The notes: generated from the letters alone by a model not told the origin. Counted from the first letter of the stretch, positions 33,470-43,966 are shown. The stretch is DNA of 53,564 bases from a virus (IMGVR_UViG_3300042542_001939:1-53564), one strand, 5' to 3'. Program-made: numbers and translations.

Positions 33470-34121
33470 CGGTGTCCTCTTCCAATGTAAGTGGCTGTAA
33501 TTTTGATTGCTGTGTCTTAAAGGCGACTCGGAATTGCTCTAACAATTCTGCGTTATAGCCGTTTTTGTTTGCGGTGATGTACTGACCAACACTTGCAAGT
33601 GCATCTATCTCAGTTGCTTGAGCAATCTTTGTCAGGATTGCACTTGGCGCTAAAACATCGCTTGCGTTTGAACGCTCGTAACTTTGTGCGTCAGGGTCAA
33701 GTTCATCGGTTGGCAGGGATAAGGCTTGGAGCAATGCAGTTCGAAATGCAACAGACATTGCTTTTGCTGTGGCTTTGTCTCCTGAGTCCATTGCCTCACC
33801 AACAACTGTTGCTTTGATTGCATCACCGTTAGCACCAATAAATGTGTATGTAACTTTTACTTTTACATGACCCATTGCTGTTCGATTGCGACCAACCTCG
33901 ACTGTTGCATATTCGTAATCTTCAACTGAAGGTACGACTATGACGCCATGCTTTTGAAGTGCTGGAGATACTGCATTAACGACTGAATCAATCCCACGGA
34001 AATTAAATCCCTGTGAAGTATTCTTGTCTTTCTTTGCAATGGCTCCTACCTCTGTCATAATTGCGCTCATTGCTTGAGCAATTGGTAGTGCTGTTTTTTC
34101 TGTCATGAGTTCCTCTCTCAA
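33426..34121 (-). CDS. erf: ERF-family single-strand annealing protein
   Basis: FNFRGID...GEAMDSGDKATAKAMS...LPT..DPD. Confidence 0.85.
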   Translation of the reverse strand: MREELMTEKTALPIAQAMSAIMTEVGAIAKKDKNTSQGFNFRGIDSVVNAVSPALQKHGVIVVPSVEDYEYATVEVGRNRTAMGHVKVKVTYTFIGANGDAIKATVVGEAMDSGDKATAKAMSVAFRTALLQALSLPTDELDPDAQSYERSNASDVLAPSAILTKIAQATEIDALASVGQYITANKNGYNAELLEQFRVAFKTQQSKLQPLTLEEDTDDTITEEPVATVDA

Positions 34122-34666
34122 TCTGCGATTACAAATGAAACTGAAGTCTCGGCGGGAATTACTCGAACCGATGGAACAATTTCACCTTGGGTTGATATTA
34201 CATCACCTGAATCGGTGAGTAAACTATTTAGAACCTTTTTATCGATTTCTTTTTTAAGGCGAATCAACTCAGGTTCGCTCTTTTCTGCCCATGCTAAGAA
34301 CTCACTTTCGTTCTCAATTTCAATCTTGGGACGCCCAGCCGTAGTTTTGACTGTGCCATGGGGTAGAACTAGCGATTTGCGCCCGTTGGAGCGCTGTGTA
34401 AGGGCGTAAGGGGTAAGGACTGCCTCAAAATACAGGGCATCTTTGTCAAGGGCTGTATTGACCGCTGAGAGCCATTCCGTGATTCGGATAACCTCTGCGT
34501 CATAGATATTTTTGTTCTCTGCTTGCTTACGACGAATGACTGCTAATTTGCGTAATGCCCAATCAGCCTTTTGGTCGTCATCAACTTTGAAGCCCTCATT
34601 TTCCGCTGATATTGAAGATAAAGCGGGATTGTCGAACTCATTGATTTCGGGTTGTACATTTGACAT
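34118..34666 (-). CDS. Gam-like host-nuclease inhibitor
   Basis: ADWALRKL...KSLVLPHGTV...KKEIDKK; start at ATG 34666 after GAGAGGAG. Confidence 0.75.
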   Translation of the reverse strand: MSNVQPEINEFDNPALSSISAENEGFKVDDDQKADWALRKLAVIRRKQAENKNIYDAEVIRITEWLSAVNTALDKDALYFEAVLTPYALTQRSNGRKSLVLPHGTVKTTAGRPKIEIENESEFLAWAEKSEPELIRLKKEIDKKVLNSLLTDSGDVISTQGEIVPSVRVIPAETSVSFVIAD

Positions 34667-34690
34667 AGTTGTTCTCCTCTCATCCGAGAG

Positions 34691-34718
34691 GGTACACAAC
34701 CCCTGTTGGTTATGTCAA
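34691..34718 (-). promoter_or_regulatory. Sigma70-like promoter of the recombination/replication operon, with an operator-like box in the spacer
   Basis: TTGACA-18 nt-TACCCT with TG extension; the spacer contains AACAGGGGTT. Confidence 0.65.
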
Positions 34719-34721
34719 GTC

Positions 34722-35003
34722 TCAGATGCCTACGATTTGTCCAACATACATTGAGGCACCGACAACTGTACAAATGAAAAGCGCTCCGACGGTACGAATT
34801 ACCCATTCAGAGCGACTTTCCATTTTTTCAAGGCGGTCAGTTATGTGTTCCATTGCTTGAGAAACTCTATCCGAATCTGAATCGTAAACATCTTTTCGAA
34901 GATATGTTTGTCCTACATTGAGATTCATTTGCTTGACTTCCATGGTCAAGTCATCAAGGCGACGCATCACTTCTCCTAAAGTTGGCTGAATCTCTTTTTC
35001 CAT
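34722..35003 (-). CDS. Lysis-cassette membrane protein
   Basis: Coiled coil plus C-terminal TM, after the endolysin. Confidence 0.65.
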   Translation of the reverse strand: MEKEIQPTLGEVMRRLDDLTMEVKQMNLNVGQTYLRKDVYDSDSDRVSQAMEHITDRLEKMESRSEWVIRTVGALFICTVVGASMYVGQIVGI

Positions 35004-35005
35004 AA

Positions 35006-35554
35006 TTACGCTTTTACTCTCGCTTCGTCTGCGGACTTAGCCAAAGCCTCAAATTTTGGGCGACCAAAACCGACAATAGCAACTGCAAGGTTTGGCTTAA
35101 ACTTGTTTCTGTTCTTCTTCTTGTAGGCACGAATCTTGAGGCAAACTTCGCCGCCGTTTCTTTGGTCCCCTTTTTTGTCCGAACTCGTATTTCCTTCAAT
35201 GCAAGTGACCGTGCCATCGTTATTATCTTTAACAACAATTCCGACATGACTAATACGGTCCACCCCATCTGCTGGGAAATCAAAATAAACAATGTCCCCA
35301 GGCAAAGGAACTGCTACTTCTACATCTTCCCAACGCTTCATTTTCTTAAAAGCATCTGCACCCGCTGGGGTGTAAACAGAATTAGGAATGGTTACTCCCG
35401 ATTTTTTTCCGCACCAATTTACGAAGGCTCCGCACCATGGTTGGTTGGCTTTTTGATACTTAGTTTTGTTTTCGGGAACTGATTCCTCGATGTACCCAAT
35501 TTCAGCGGTTGCTACCTCAATAAGCAACTCAGCCGTTCCTTTTGGTGCTGGCAT
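35006..35554 (-). CDS. Endolysin, CHAP-type
   Basis: QPWCGAFV...PGDIVYF...HVGIV...IEGNT. Confidence 0.88.
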   Translation of the reverse strand: MPAPKGTAELLIEVATAEIGYIEESVPENKTKYQKANQPWCGAFVNWCGKKSGVTIPNSVYTPAGADAFKKMKRWEDVEVAVPLPGDIVYFDFPADGVDRISHVGIVVKDNNDGTVTCIEGNTSSDKKGDQRNGGEVCLKIRAYKKKNRNKFKPNLAVAIVGFGRPKFEALAKSADEARVKA

Positions 35555-35856
35555 TATCTTGCCGACTTCTTAGCAACAGCCTTCTTTGCAGACTTTTTTG
35601 CTGGAGATTTTTTTGTAAGTTTTTTTACTACTGCCTCAGTAACTCCATCTCCAATCTTGCCGAAAGCAGGGTCGCTTGGGTTAGCCGCTCTGATTGCAAC
35701 TGGAAGAACGGCTGAAATACCCGCCGCGAGTAAAGCCTTAACTGAGTCACCGTCGAGGGCAAGGATGTCTCCGCCTGTAATCATAAATGCTGTTGAAACA
35801 GCCGCGATAAATGAGCGACCGTATGAGGCGAGCATTGCCTGTAATTTCTTGTCCAT
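35554..35856 (-). CDS. Holin
   Basis: Two TMs, NPSDPAFG, basic tail; adjacent to the endolysin. Confidence 0.75.
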   Translation of the reverse strand: MDKKLQAMLASYGRSFIAAVSTAFMITGGDILALDGDSVKALLAAGISAVLPVAIRAANPSDPAFGKIGDGVTEAVVKKLTKKSPAKKSAKKAVAKKSAR

Positions 35857-35897
35857 TGTTTCTCCTAAACTAGATGGGTAAATAATAACCTATTGGT

Positions 35898-36587
35898 TTA
35901 TGAACCGAGGTAGGTTAAGGATAGAGCATTAAAATAACCTGTGTGGTCTTTGCCCCCAGCCGAGATAAGTAAATCTAAATCAGGGTTATAGTCATGCTGA
36001 ACTCTCATCGTAATAAAATCACCTTTGGTCATTTCAAAAGGGACTGAAGTGACCATACCGTGAAAACCACCGACATCTGTTTTGGTTAAATCGACATCTT
36101 GCCGAGCAATTTCTTGAGTACCTTTGTAAATTGAGACTTCAACTCGGGCGTTTTGAGATTCTATTAAAATTGCAGATGTGGCTTGGTAAACACCTGTAAC
36201 TGGAGCCGTTAATTTTGTTGCATCGGCAACATTCCAACAATTCCAATCATTACGACGAGAGGCTTGGAAAGTAACGGTAGTTAAAACATCTCTAGGAATA
36301 GATACTGAACTCGTCCTATATGCGGTGCAAGCGAGAGTGCGAGTAGCACTTGCAATCATGCCTATACCCAATAAATCAGGTCCGTTGTTTATGAGCCATA
36401 CTTGGTCATCAGGCTTTGGGGCGTAATTACTTAAATATTTGACCGCTGGCAAAGTACTCGGGTCGCCAGCAATTTGTACATCAATCGTGTAGTCGGCATT
36501 GACTGTTACTACTTTGCCTTGACGAAAACGCAAGTTTGGTCCTACTGGAGTATTTTTAATTTGATTAACAAGATAGTTCATATCCAT
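35898..36587 (-). CDS. Minor tail protein
   Basis: N-terminal OB-like segment and C-terminal beta-sandwich; last tail gene. Confidence 0.65.
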   Translation of the reverse strand: MDMNYLVNQIKNTPVGPNLRFRQGKVVTVNADYTIDVQIAGDPSTLPAVKYLSNYAPKPDDQVWLINNGPDLLGIGMIASATRTLACTAYRTSSVSIPRDVLTTVTFQASRRNDWNCWNVADATKLTAPVTGVYQATSAILIESQNARVEVSIYKGTQEIARQDVDLTKTDVGGFHGMVTSVPFEMTKGDFITMRVQHDYNPDLDLLISAGGKDHTGYFNALSLTYLGS

Positions 36588-37708
36588 TAGAATCTCCTAC
36601 TTCTGCCGATAGCGTTCATCGTGCTTTGCGGACTCAAAGGTATCGTTATTGAATCAAGCATCAAAGTTGCATTAACGCCTGAAGGTGTCCGAGTAACCTT
36701 AACTAAGTCATAAACATCATGGGCAGGATTGACAATTTGTTGCCATGAAATTAGTTCAAGTGCGCCAATTACTTTTCTTAATTCAGCGGTAGCGGCTTCT
36801 TGGGCTTCAGCAACAGTTAAAATGTATGGCGAGGACTTAAAGATGGGAACTGACCCGTAGGTTTCAACATAAGTAGGAGATACTGGGTTTTCATCTTTGG
36901 CTTCACCGATTACTCCAATAGAAAGATTTGTTCCCTCACCCGTGTAAATAACATGATTAAAAGAATCATCACTGGACAGTGAACGACTTAAAGAGGTAAG
37001 AACGGACTCGGATGTGTCTGTGTAAGTTACTAAAGGTAAACCTGTGTCAGGGTCGGGGATTGTCCGCATACGAGCAATTCCGTTTTCATCAAAATATAAA
37101 TCCATACCGACGGACTCAGCAATCTTTAACGCCTCTTTCCATGGGTTAGATGACTGGTCAAGGGTTGGATACATTAAGTCTGTTACTTGATTAGTTGCAG
37201 GAAAGATAGTTTGAACATCAGGAAATTTATCAACCAAAATGTTTTTAATTGCATCTTCTTTTTTAGTGCCATCTTCAATATAAAAATCATGGTTAGTCCA
37301 CTTTGCACGAATAACGCGAAGGCTTCTATCAGAGCCTTGCACGACAATTCGAACTCCTTCGGGAGTATCAGTAATTTCTACGGTCGTTAAGATAAAAACA
37401 CCTAAAGGCACTAATTCTTCTGTTCCATCAGCAAACTGGACACCACGAAAGATTTTAATTTCTCTGTTATAGGGCAGTAAGATTGCAGAGGTATTATTTT
37501 TAGGAACTAAAGTGCCGTCACGGTCAATAAACTCAATCGTGCATTGACGACGAATATCTCGCCGAGAATCAATGGTTACCTCGCCCGAAACAGGTTGAGC
37601 CGTACTAATAATTTTATTATTAGCCATATCGTAAATTTCTATTTTTACATGGCTAATATGAGATTTTCGGACTGAGGATAAAAAATCCGCAGAGACGGGA
37701 TACATCAA
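36587..37708 (-). CDS. Minor tail / baseplate hub protein
   Basis: VTIDSRRDIRR...EELVPLGVF...DRS; position after the distal tail genes. Confidence 0.75.
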   Translation of the reverse strand: MMYPVSADFLSSVRKSHISHVKIEIYDMANNKIISTAQPVSGEVTIDSRRDIRRQCTIEFIDRDGTLVPKNNTSAILLPYNREIKIFRGVQFADGTEELVPLGVFILTTVEITDTPEGVRIVVQGSDRSLRVIRAKWTNHDFYIEDGTKKEDAIKNILVDKFPDVQTIFPATNQVTDLMYPTLDQSSNPWKEALKIAESVGMDLYFDENGIARMRTIPDPDTGLPLVTYTDTSESVLTSLSRSLSSDDSFNHVIYTGEGTNLSIGVIGEAKDENPVSPTYVETYGSVPIFKSSPYILTVAEAQEAATAELRKVIGALELISWQQIVNPAHDVYDLVKVTRTPSGVNATLMLDSITIPLSPQSTMNAIGRSRRF

Positions 37709-38130
37709 GGAGCCTCGACCTCGTAATAATTTACCTTGGCGTTGCGAATTAAATTATCAATCGCTCCAACTTCAGTAAATGTTCTATCAACAAAACGCAC
37801 ATATTTTTGACGACCAAGAGGGTCGTGAACATGAAGAATTCCTTGATATGTCAAAATGGGGAATAGTTCATCCCATTCGTCCTCACCTTGCGTAGTGAAC
37901 TCATAAGAGCCATCAATGCCATAAATGCTTGTTGCTACTACTACAGTCTTTGACGCACCTAGGGGTTTGAATATTCCGTAGGATTCAACGATTGTTGAAG
38001 AAAGAGGTTGCTGAACACGCAACTGCTTAACTTGCAAGGTTGGACTTTCCACGGCTGTAAACGACCAAATTTCCGCATTAGCAATAAGAATTGGTGCGGT
38101 GGTTGTATATCCTGATGAAATAATAGGCAT
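37705..38130 (-). CDS. Minor (distal) tail protein
   Basis: Position and translational coupling. Confidence 0.6.
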   Translation of the reverse strand: MPIISSGYTTTAPILIANAEIWSFTAVESPTLQVKQLRVQQPLSSTIVESYGIFKPLGASKTVVVATSIYGIDGSYEFTTQGEDEWDELFPILTYQGILHVHDPLGRQKYVRFVDRTFTEVGAIDNLIRNAKVNYYEVEAP

Positions 38131-39701
38131 TAGATTTCAGCCCTCGCTTTCGCACGGTAAGTTACGGTTGTGTCAATAGGTGGCTCAAAGTCTCGAATAG
38201 TTGCGATTTGTGCAGAAGAAGCCGTTACAGGACTGTTTCGAATTGCCGTAAAATTTGAACTACTATTGTTAGAGCGTTCAACATCAAAAGAAAAATTAGT
38301 AAATCCACCACGAGTCCAAAATGGTTCATCACCTGGGTGAAAACTAATCTTATCTACATAATGAACTTCACTTGTTGATGCTGTAACAATTTTTACAGCA
38401 ACAATGGCGGTTACTGCTAATGGTGGAGCCACGGCTGTAACTGTGCGTTGAGTCCATGCACTTGTTGAGTCGTTTCCCGCTGTTCCAAAAGTAGTAGAAA
38501 TTGTTGTTCCAGCAAGATTTCTATAAATAATGCCAACTGCTGTTGAGCGTACAGTAGCCGCACTTCTAAACTCAGCCGTGGCTGAGAACTCAGTTGAAGG
38601 CGTTACAGCAAAAGCCGTGGCTGTAGTGGTGGTAGCAACCATGTCACCTGATGCTGAAGCGGTCAAAGCAAGAGAAGCACTACCATCCGATGCTTGAGCA
38701 GTTGAGCGAGTAAGAGAGCAGTTAGTAAGTGCTACCCATCCATCGGTGTTTGTTTCAATAGATGCTTGATTAGCATTTAGCAAATTTGTTCGACCAAAAA
38801 TTGTGATTGTCACCGAGCCAGTGTCGGCTTCATAAAAAGCAGAAACCGTTGGAGTTGCAGGGGCATCTACAGCAAGAGAAAATTGAGAAAAGGCGTATTC
38901 ACTAAAAAAGTTGTTGCCATTACTTAGTTGTGCAACTCGAACATAGGCTCTATAGGTAGTTGAGTTTGCAAGGTCAGCCTCAAGAGTTTGACCATTATTA
39001 TTTGATGTAACAATACCCGTTTGGACAACTGGAGTTGATGTATCGGGGCTAAATCCCGCTCCTCCATAAGTAGCGGCATCAAATATCTTTATCTCATATG
39101 CAGATTGTGGGTCACCATCTGTATCTGCATAAGTCCATACAACTGATGGAAATGATGTTGTAGTAATAGTTCCTGTTGGAGCAGTGACCGTTACTGTTGG
39201 TCGAGCAGTAGTAACCACATCAATATACATTTCATAAACAGAAGTTCTATCACCTGATGCAGTTGAGTTATCGGTAAATTTAGCAACCAAGTTGTCAAGA
39301 AGAGTTTGTGTCCACACAGCACCGTTTGGAGCGCTTGTTAAGTTAATAGCAAAATCAACTGTAGACAAAGCCAAGGTGTTAAGTTTAGTAATAGGGACAG
39401 AATAAAAAACTGTGCGTCCGTTTCTATCGGTTACCACACCAAGACTAAACTGAGCGATACCCGCTGTTCCAACCGAGATTCGTGCGCGAAGATTAACGGA
39501 AACAACTTGCTCATTAGCAGAAAGTGTTGTTGTGCCAAACTCAGCCTCATAAGATGCGGGAACTGTTGTGCTAGTACGGGTAATAAAAGTTGAGTCAGAG
39601 TTGTCAGCGAGAGCGGCGTGAACCGAACCTGAGCCACCCGATATAGTAAATAGACTTTCATTGTTCCAGTTTGCGTTTGGACGAAGTGTATAAGTTGCCA
39701 T
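38130..39701 (-). CDS. Minor tail protein with Ig-like and carbohydrate-binding-like domains
   Basis: T/S-rich beta protein right after the TMP; NLL...S.E....GW CBM-like segment. Confidence 0.7.
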   Translation of the reverse strand: MATYTLRPNANWNNESLFTISGGSGSVHAALADNSDSTFITRTSTTVPASYEAEFGTTTLSANEQVVSVNLRARISVGTAGIAQFSLGVVTDRNGRTVFYSVPITKLNTLALSTVDFAINLTSAPNGAVWTQTLLDNLVAKFTDNSTASGDRTSVYEMYIDVVTTARPTVTVTAPTGTITTTSFPSVVWTYADTDGDPQSAYEIKIFDAATYGGAGFSPDTSTPVVQTGIVTSNNNGQTLEADLANSTTYRAYVRVAQLSNGNNFFSEYAFSQFSLAVDAPATPTVSAFYEADTGSVTITIFGRTNLLNANQASIETNTDGWVALTNCSLTRSTAQASDGSASLALTASASGDMVATTTTATAFAVTPSTEFSATAEFRSAATVRSTAVGIIYRNLAGTTISTTFGTAGNDSTSAWTQRTVTAVAPPLAVTAIVAVKIVTASTSEVHYVDKISFHPGDEPFWTRGGFTNFSFDVERSNNSSSNFTAIRNSPVTASSAQIATIRDFEPPIDTTVTYRAKARAEI

Positions 39702-42700
39702 TATTTACTCGCTAACTGACGGGCTAGAACTGCAAAGGTTTTTTCAATCTCTCGTGTAATAATGCTTGCGCGTTCTTCTTCATTTTCAGCACCCGATGTA
39801 TCCACAAAGACTTGGAAGGCACCTTGTTGAATAAATGTGCTGTTTGCATTAGATGTTGGAATCCTTAATTCTGCATTTTGTAAATCGCGCAACTGAGTTG
39901 ATGCGGTTGCAATCTTTTGGTCAAAGCCAACTCTTGCTCCGTACTCACCGATAACAGCACCAGTAAATGCAATTTCTTTTTGTAGACGACTAACTTCATC
40001 AATGGCTGACTGTCCTCCACCAAGAATAGAGGCTGCTAACTGCGCTCCCTTGATAGGTCCTTCTTCAATAATTGACTTGAGTGCATCTGCATCAAGCCCC
40101 ATGCTTTGTAGTTTTGAAATTTGACCAGCAAACTCTTTGCTCTTGTTAAGTCTTTGCTCCATGTTAGTAATTAAAGATTTTGCTTTTGGTATAAAGCCAT
40201 CAGGCAACTCAATGCTCTTTAGACCAGCAAAACCAACGATTGTGTCTTTAAGGCTGTCCGCAAAGTCTTTTGCCGCTTGCTGTAGGTCATCGAGAACACC
40301 CTTGATAGACTCAATACCTTGTTTCATTGCGTCACGAATAGTTTTTAAGCGGTTAGCCATTTTTTCAGCATCTTCAGCCGCTTTTGTTCCGTCATCTAAT
40401 TTAGAAGCCTCGTTGTATTTTTTTTCTTCTTCTTTAAGAATATCTCCAAAACCAAGACCTTCTTTAAGGCTATCTTTAATTTTGTCAATAAAGCCACCAA
40501 TTTTTGTTCCAACAATACTTGCAAAGTCTGTTTCGTTAGCAAACTCCATTATTTGTGCAGACAATCCGAGAACAAACTCACCTGCCTTATCTACCTTTTT
40601 GGCAATGCCATCAATAAATTTACCAACAGTGCGAGCCATGTCAAACTCTTGAACTTTTTCCATACCTTCAATAACTACACCAAGAGCCGAAGAAGCCCCA
40701 GTCGCACCTTTCACTAAAGTGTCAATTATTGCTTTTCCAAAGTTAATTTGTTCTGCATCTTTAATGGAGTCTATGACAGTCCCAAGTGTTTCAGATACTT
40801 TTTTACCACCATCAATAAGTGTGTCTATGGCTTTTCCAGCAAAATCTTTATCACTAAATTCGCTAACTGTTGCGCTAAATTTTCTTAGGGTATCTTCTGT
40901 TACATCTAGGGCTTTTTTAGTTTCAACTCCAACGGTTGCAACACCATTAACTAAATTTGTTGCTCCTTTGATAATACCTTCGAACATTTTTTCGCCAAGA
41001 CCAGTCATGCCAGTTGCAAAACCAGTTACAGCCTTTTTAGTAGTATCCAACCCACTATTGATTGCTTTAGCAACATCATCACCAATTTTAGGAATTTTAC
41101 TGAATAAATTTGCTAAGGCTCGCAACCAAGCAGTCATTTTGTCAAAAACCCAGCCAAGGAATTTACCAATTCCATCAGAAATTGTATTTAATAAACCAAA
41201 AATTCCCACGCCAACATTTTGAATTACATCAAGTAATTTCAAAAATACAGACTTGACTACATTAAATAATCTGTTAAATGTATTTACAAGGGTTCCAACT
41301 CCACCAACAAGTTCAGCAAAAACATTGATAATTGAAGTAATCACAAAACCAATTACTTTAATAATGGCATTGAATACACTCGTCACAACTTTATACAATA
41401 AATTTTGAGAATCAAAAACATTAAGATAAAAGTCAATCCAAGTTTTGAATAAAGTTAAAATAAATCTAACTGCCATTAAAATAGATTTAATGACAAAATT
41501 AAATACATTTTCTACAACTTGTGCAAAAATGCTGTTTGTTTCCATTAAACTAATAAATCCATCAATAACCGATTTTGCTGATTGTAAGAAAATTGACGCA
41601 AAAGTTAAAATTACATCGATTACAAATTCAAAAACCTTAGCGACAACTTCAGCAAAAAACCTAATTACTTTTATTAAATAACTAATTCCTTTGACAAACA
41701 TTCCAATAGCATTTACTATCGACGCAAAAGCACCAACAACTGTTTTAAGAACAAAATTAAACACATTCGCAACAACTTTTGCAAAAGTTTCGTTTGTTTG
41801 CATTAAATAAACAAACGCCGTTATTAAAGTTCCAATTAGAAGAGCAACTTTGAGTATTGGATTTAGGGCTAAAATCATATTAAAGGCTTTCATGGCTGTT
41901 CCTGCTTGCACCATAACAAGTGTCATAACTGCCGTGTATGCTGTAAATATTGCTTGAGCAATGCCAGCGGCAATTAAGTAACCCCTATAAATTAAGAATC
42001 CGCTTGCCACCACAGCAAGGACAACGCCAAGAGTTTTAATTACAGCAATATTTTGTTGAAAAAATCTTAAAATTCCGCGAACAATTGACGCTAATATGTT
42101 AATTGCTTTGGCAAGAACAGCAACTCCAATAGTGCTGGCAGTTGCCATTACCTTACCTATTTGAACTATCACAGGTAATAAAGGCTTAAAAGCACTTAGT
42201 AAATTAGCAAGTGCTTTTCTAACTTGAGTTGAGGTAAGCGCTAAAGTCACCATAACCACAGGAAATACTTTAAGCCCCTGTAGGAAATTGCCAAGAATAG
42301 GCAAGTTGCGTAATAAATCGCGCCCAGCAAAGGTAGCAAAACCAGCACCAGCGGCAGCGATAACAGGCAAAAGTGTTTCAAATGATTCTGCTAATTTTCT
42401 AACAGGAGTTATTGTTTTATTTGTTGTCTCTAAAAAAGCACCTGTGTATTTAGTTGATTTATCAAGTTCGCCAATAAAAAGAGTAATTTTATCAATTAAA
42501 GAAACAAAAGGTGCAGTTAATTTTGTTAAAACCATTTTCATTGCTTCAAAAACTGCTTGAACGGTTTTGCTTTTTTCAGATGCTTTAGCGAGGGCTTTTA
42601 CGAGGTTGTAAGCAGAAAAGATTAAAGGTCCAAAACCTGCAAGTAAAACTTTACCTATTGAAACTGAAATTTCATTTTGTACACGAGCAAAAGACCGAAG

Positions 42701-43378
42701 AACTTTTCCTGGGCTTGTCATAGCGGCTTCGTAAGTTCCCGCGACTTTAGCACCTTCAGCAAGCGCCCCATTGAGAACCGCTGTTTGTTTTTCCGTGTAA
42801 GTTAATTGAGAGGCAGTCTTACCAATACTTTTTGCAAATGACTCATACATTTGACCAGCAGATTTTTGAATACCAACTGATTTCAAAACTTCGCTTCGAC
42901 CTGTAATAACAGCGTGAGTAAGCATATTGAAAGTATCAGAAGAGTTCATACCGCTAATAACGGCTAAATCTTGCGCAACTCGAGCAAGTTCTGAGGCTTG
43001 CGTTAAGTTGATATTATTTTGTGCAAATTTTAACGCCGCTTTTTGTGCAATTTCCATTTCGATACCGTTTGCTTTAATAGCATCGGTTGAATCTCTAATT
43101 GCTTGATAACCAAGTCCAGTTGATTTACCGACTGCGTTCATAGCAATGTCTAACTCATCAACGCGAGCGGCAGCGTTAAAAGATTTCAAACCAAGAGAAA
43201 TAATTGCTACGCCAGCAGCGCCAGCGGCAACACCAATTCCAAGCATAGAACCGCGAAGGCGATTTGCTGTTTTTGAAAAACCCTCAGCGGCTTGCGTGGC
43301 TTGTTGGAATCCGCGTGTAAATTGTGCGGTCTCAGCGGTGAGCCGAGCGCGGACTTCCATTGTTGGGGCTTCAGCCAT
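39701..43378 (-). CDS. Tape measure protein
   Basis: 1225 aa, helical amphipathic repeats; follows the chaperone. Confidence 0.92.
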   Translation of the reverse strand: MAEAPTMEVRARLTAETAQFTRGFQQATQAAEGFSKTANRLRGSMLGIGVAAGAAGVAIISLGLKSFNAAARVDELDIAMNAVGKSTGLGYQAIRDSTDAIKANGIEMEIAQKAALKFAQNNINLTQASELARVAQDLAVISGMNSSDTFNMLTHAVITGRSEVLKSVGIQKSAGQMYESFAKSIGKTASQLTYTEKQTAVLNGALAEGAKVAGTYEAAMTSPGKVLRSFARVQNEISVSIGKVLLAGFGPLIFSAYNLVKALAKASEKSKTVQAVFEAMKMVLTKLTAPFVSLIDKITLFIGELDKSTKYTGAFLETTNKTITPVRKLAESFETLLPVIAAAGAGFATFAGRDLLRNLPILGNFLQGLKVFPVVMVTLALTSTQVRKALANLLSAFKPLLPVIVQIGKVMATASTIGVAVLAKAINILASIVRGILRFFQQNIAVIKTLGVVLAVVASGFLIYRGYLIAAGIAQAIFTAYTAVMTLVMVQAGTAMKAFNMILALNPILKVALLIGTLITAFVYLMQTNETFAKVVANVFNFVLKTVVGAFASIVNAIGMFVKGISYLIKVIRFFAEVVAKVFEFVIDVILTFASIFLQSAKSVIDGFISLMETNSIFAQVVENVFNFVIKSILMAVRFILTLFKTWIDFYLNVFDSQNLLYKVVTSVFNAIIKVIGFVITSIINVFAELVGGVGTLVNTFNRLFNVVKSVFLKLLDVIQNVGVGIFGLLNTISDGIGKFLGWVFDKMTAWLRALANLFSKIPKIGDDVAKAINSGLDTTKKAVTGFATGMTGLGEKMFEGIIKGATNLVNGVATVGVETKKALDVTEDTLRKFSATVSEFSDKDFAGKAIDTLIDGGKKVSETLGTVIDSIKDAEQINFGKAIIDTLVKGATGASSALGVVIEGMEKVQEFDMARTVGKFIDGIAKKVDKAGEFVLGLSAQIMEFANETDFASIVGTKIGGFIDKIKDSLKEGLGFGDILKEEEKKYNEASKLDDGTKAAEDAEKMANRLKTIRDAMKQGIESIKGVLDDLQQAAKDFADSLKDTIVGFAGLKSIELPDGFIPKAKSLITNMEQRLNKSKEFAGQISKLQSMGLDADALKSIIEEGPIKGAQLAASILGGGQSAIDEVSRLQKEIAFTGAVIGEYGARVGFDQKIATASTQLRDLQNAELRIPTSNANSTFIQQGAFQVFVDTSGAENEEERASIITREIEKTFAVLARQLASK

Positions 43379-43572
43379 TATCTTCTTGCCTTAGCCTTTC
43401 TCTCCGCTTTTTCACGCTCTTTTCCTCGAAGGACATAAAGAGCAGACCATTCAGTTAATTCGAGACTAGATAGGGGGCGGTGGGCTGGACTTCCGTGAAG
43501 AAGTTCACCCACCGTCCTACCTAATTCTTCTGCAAGTTCAAAAAGAAACCTATGCTCAGGATTCTTCAGGAA
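43378..43572 (-). CDS. Frameshifted C-terminal extension of the tail assembly chaperone
   Basis: Open +1 frame FLKNPEHRFLFELAEELGRTVGEL...LTEW..LY..., ending TAATG into the TMP. Confidence 0.75.
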   Translation of the reverse strand, partial: FLKNPEHRFLFELAEELGRTVGELLHGSPAHRPLSSLELTEWSALYVLRGKEREKAERKAKARR

Positions 43573-43915
43573 ATCGTGCTTGTGCTTCGTCTACCGCCTT
43601 TTCAGAAAGACCTGAATTGTTCAGTGCCTTTGTAGCAAGACGCTCAATGATTGAACCATTCTTTGAAAGGATGGCTTCTTTATCTTGAGCAGTAAATACT
43701 GGTAGACCTGTTGTTGGGTCGTAAACAGTTGCAATTACAGTCAGTGCGTACATTGCCCCGACATCGGTTTTGTCGCCCTTTGCGGCGCCTTCACCAAGTT
43801 TGGCTCTTTCGTTCGCTGTCATTGAGCGAACTTCTACAGTTACACCCCACTCAGGAATCTCGACGAGTTCCTTCGTGATGTCATCGCTACTAAAAATTGC
43901 TTCTTTTAGACTCAT
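43556..43915 (-). CDS. Tail assembly chaperone
   Basis: VEIPEWGVTVEVRSMT; lies between the tail tube and the TMP. Confidence 0.85.
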   Translation of the reverse strand: MSLKEAIFSSDDITKELVEIPEWGVTVEVRSMTANERAKLGEGAAKGDKTDVGAMYALTVIATVYDPTTGLPVFTAQDKEAILSKNGSIIERLATKALNNSGLSEKAVDEAQARFPEES

Positions 43916-43966
43916 TTATTTCTCCTTGGACACTAGGTTGGTCACGATATATTAAATTGTATTAAA

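Noticed and set aside
37705-39701. Split minor tail gene as a pseudogene or frameshift
   Set aside because: The junction is an ordinary TAATG coupling like many others in this genome.
41200-42600. AT-rich stretch as foreign DNA
   Set aside because: Lies in frame within the TMP and reflects F/I/V/K/N-rich repeats.
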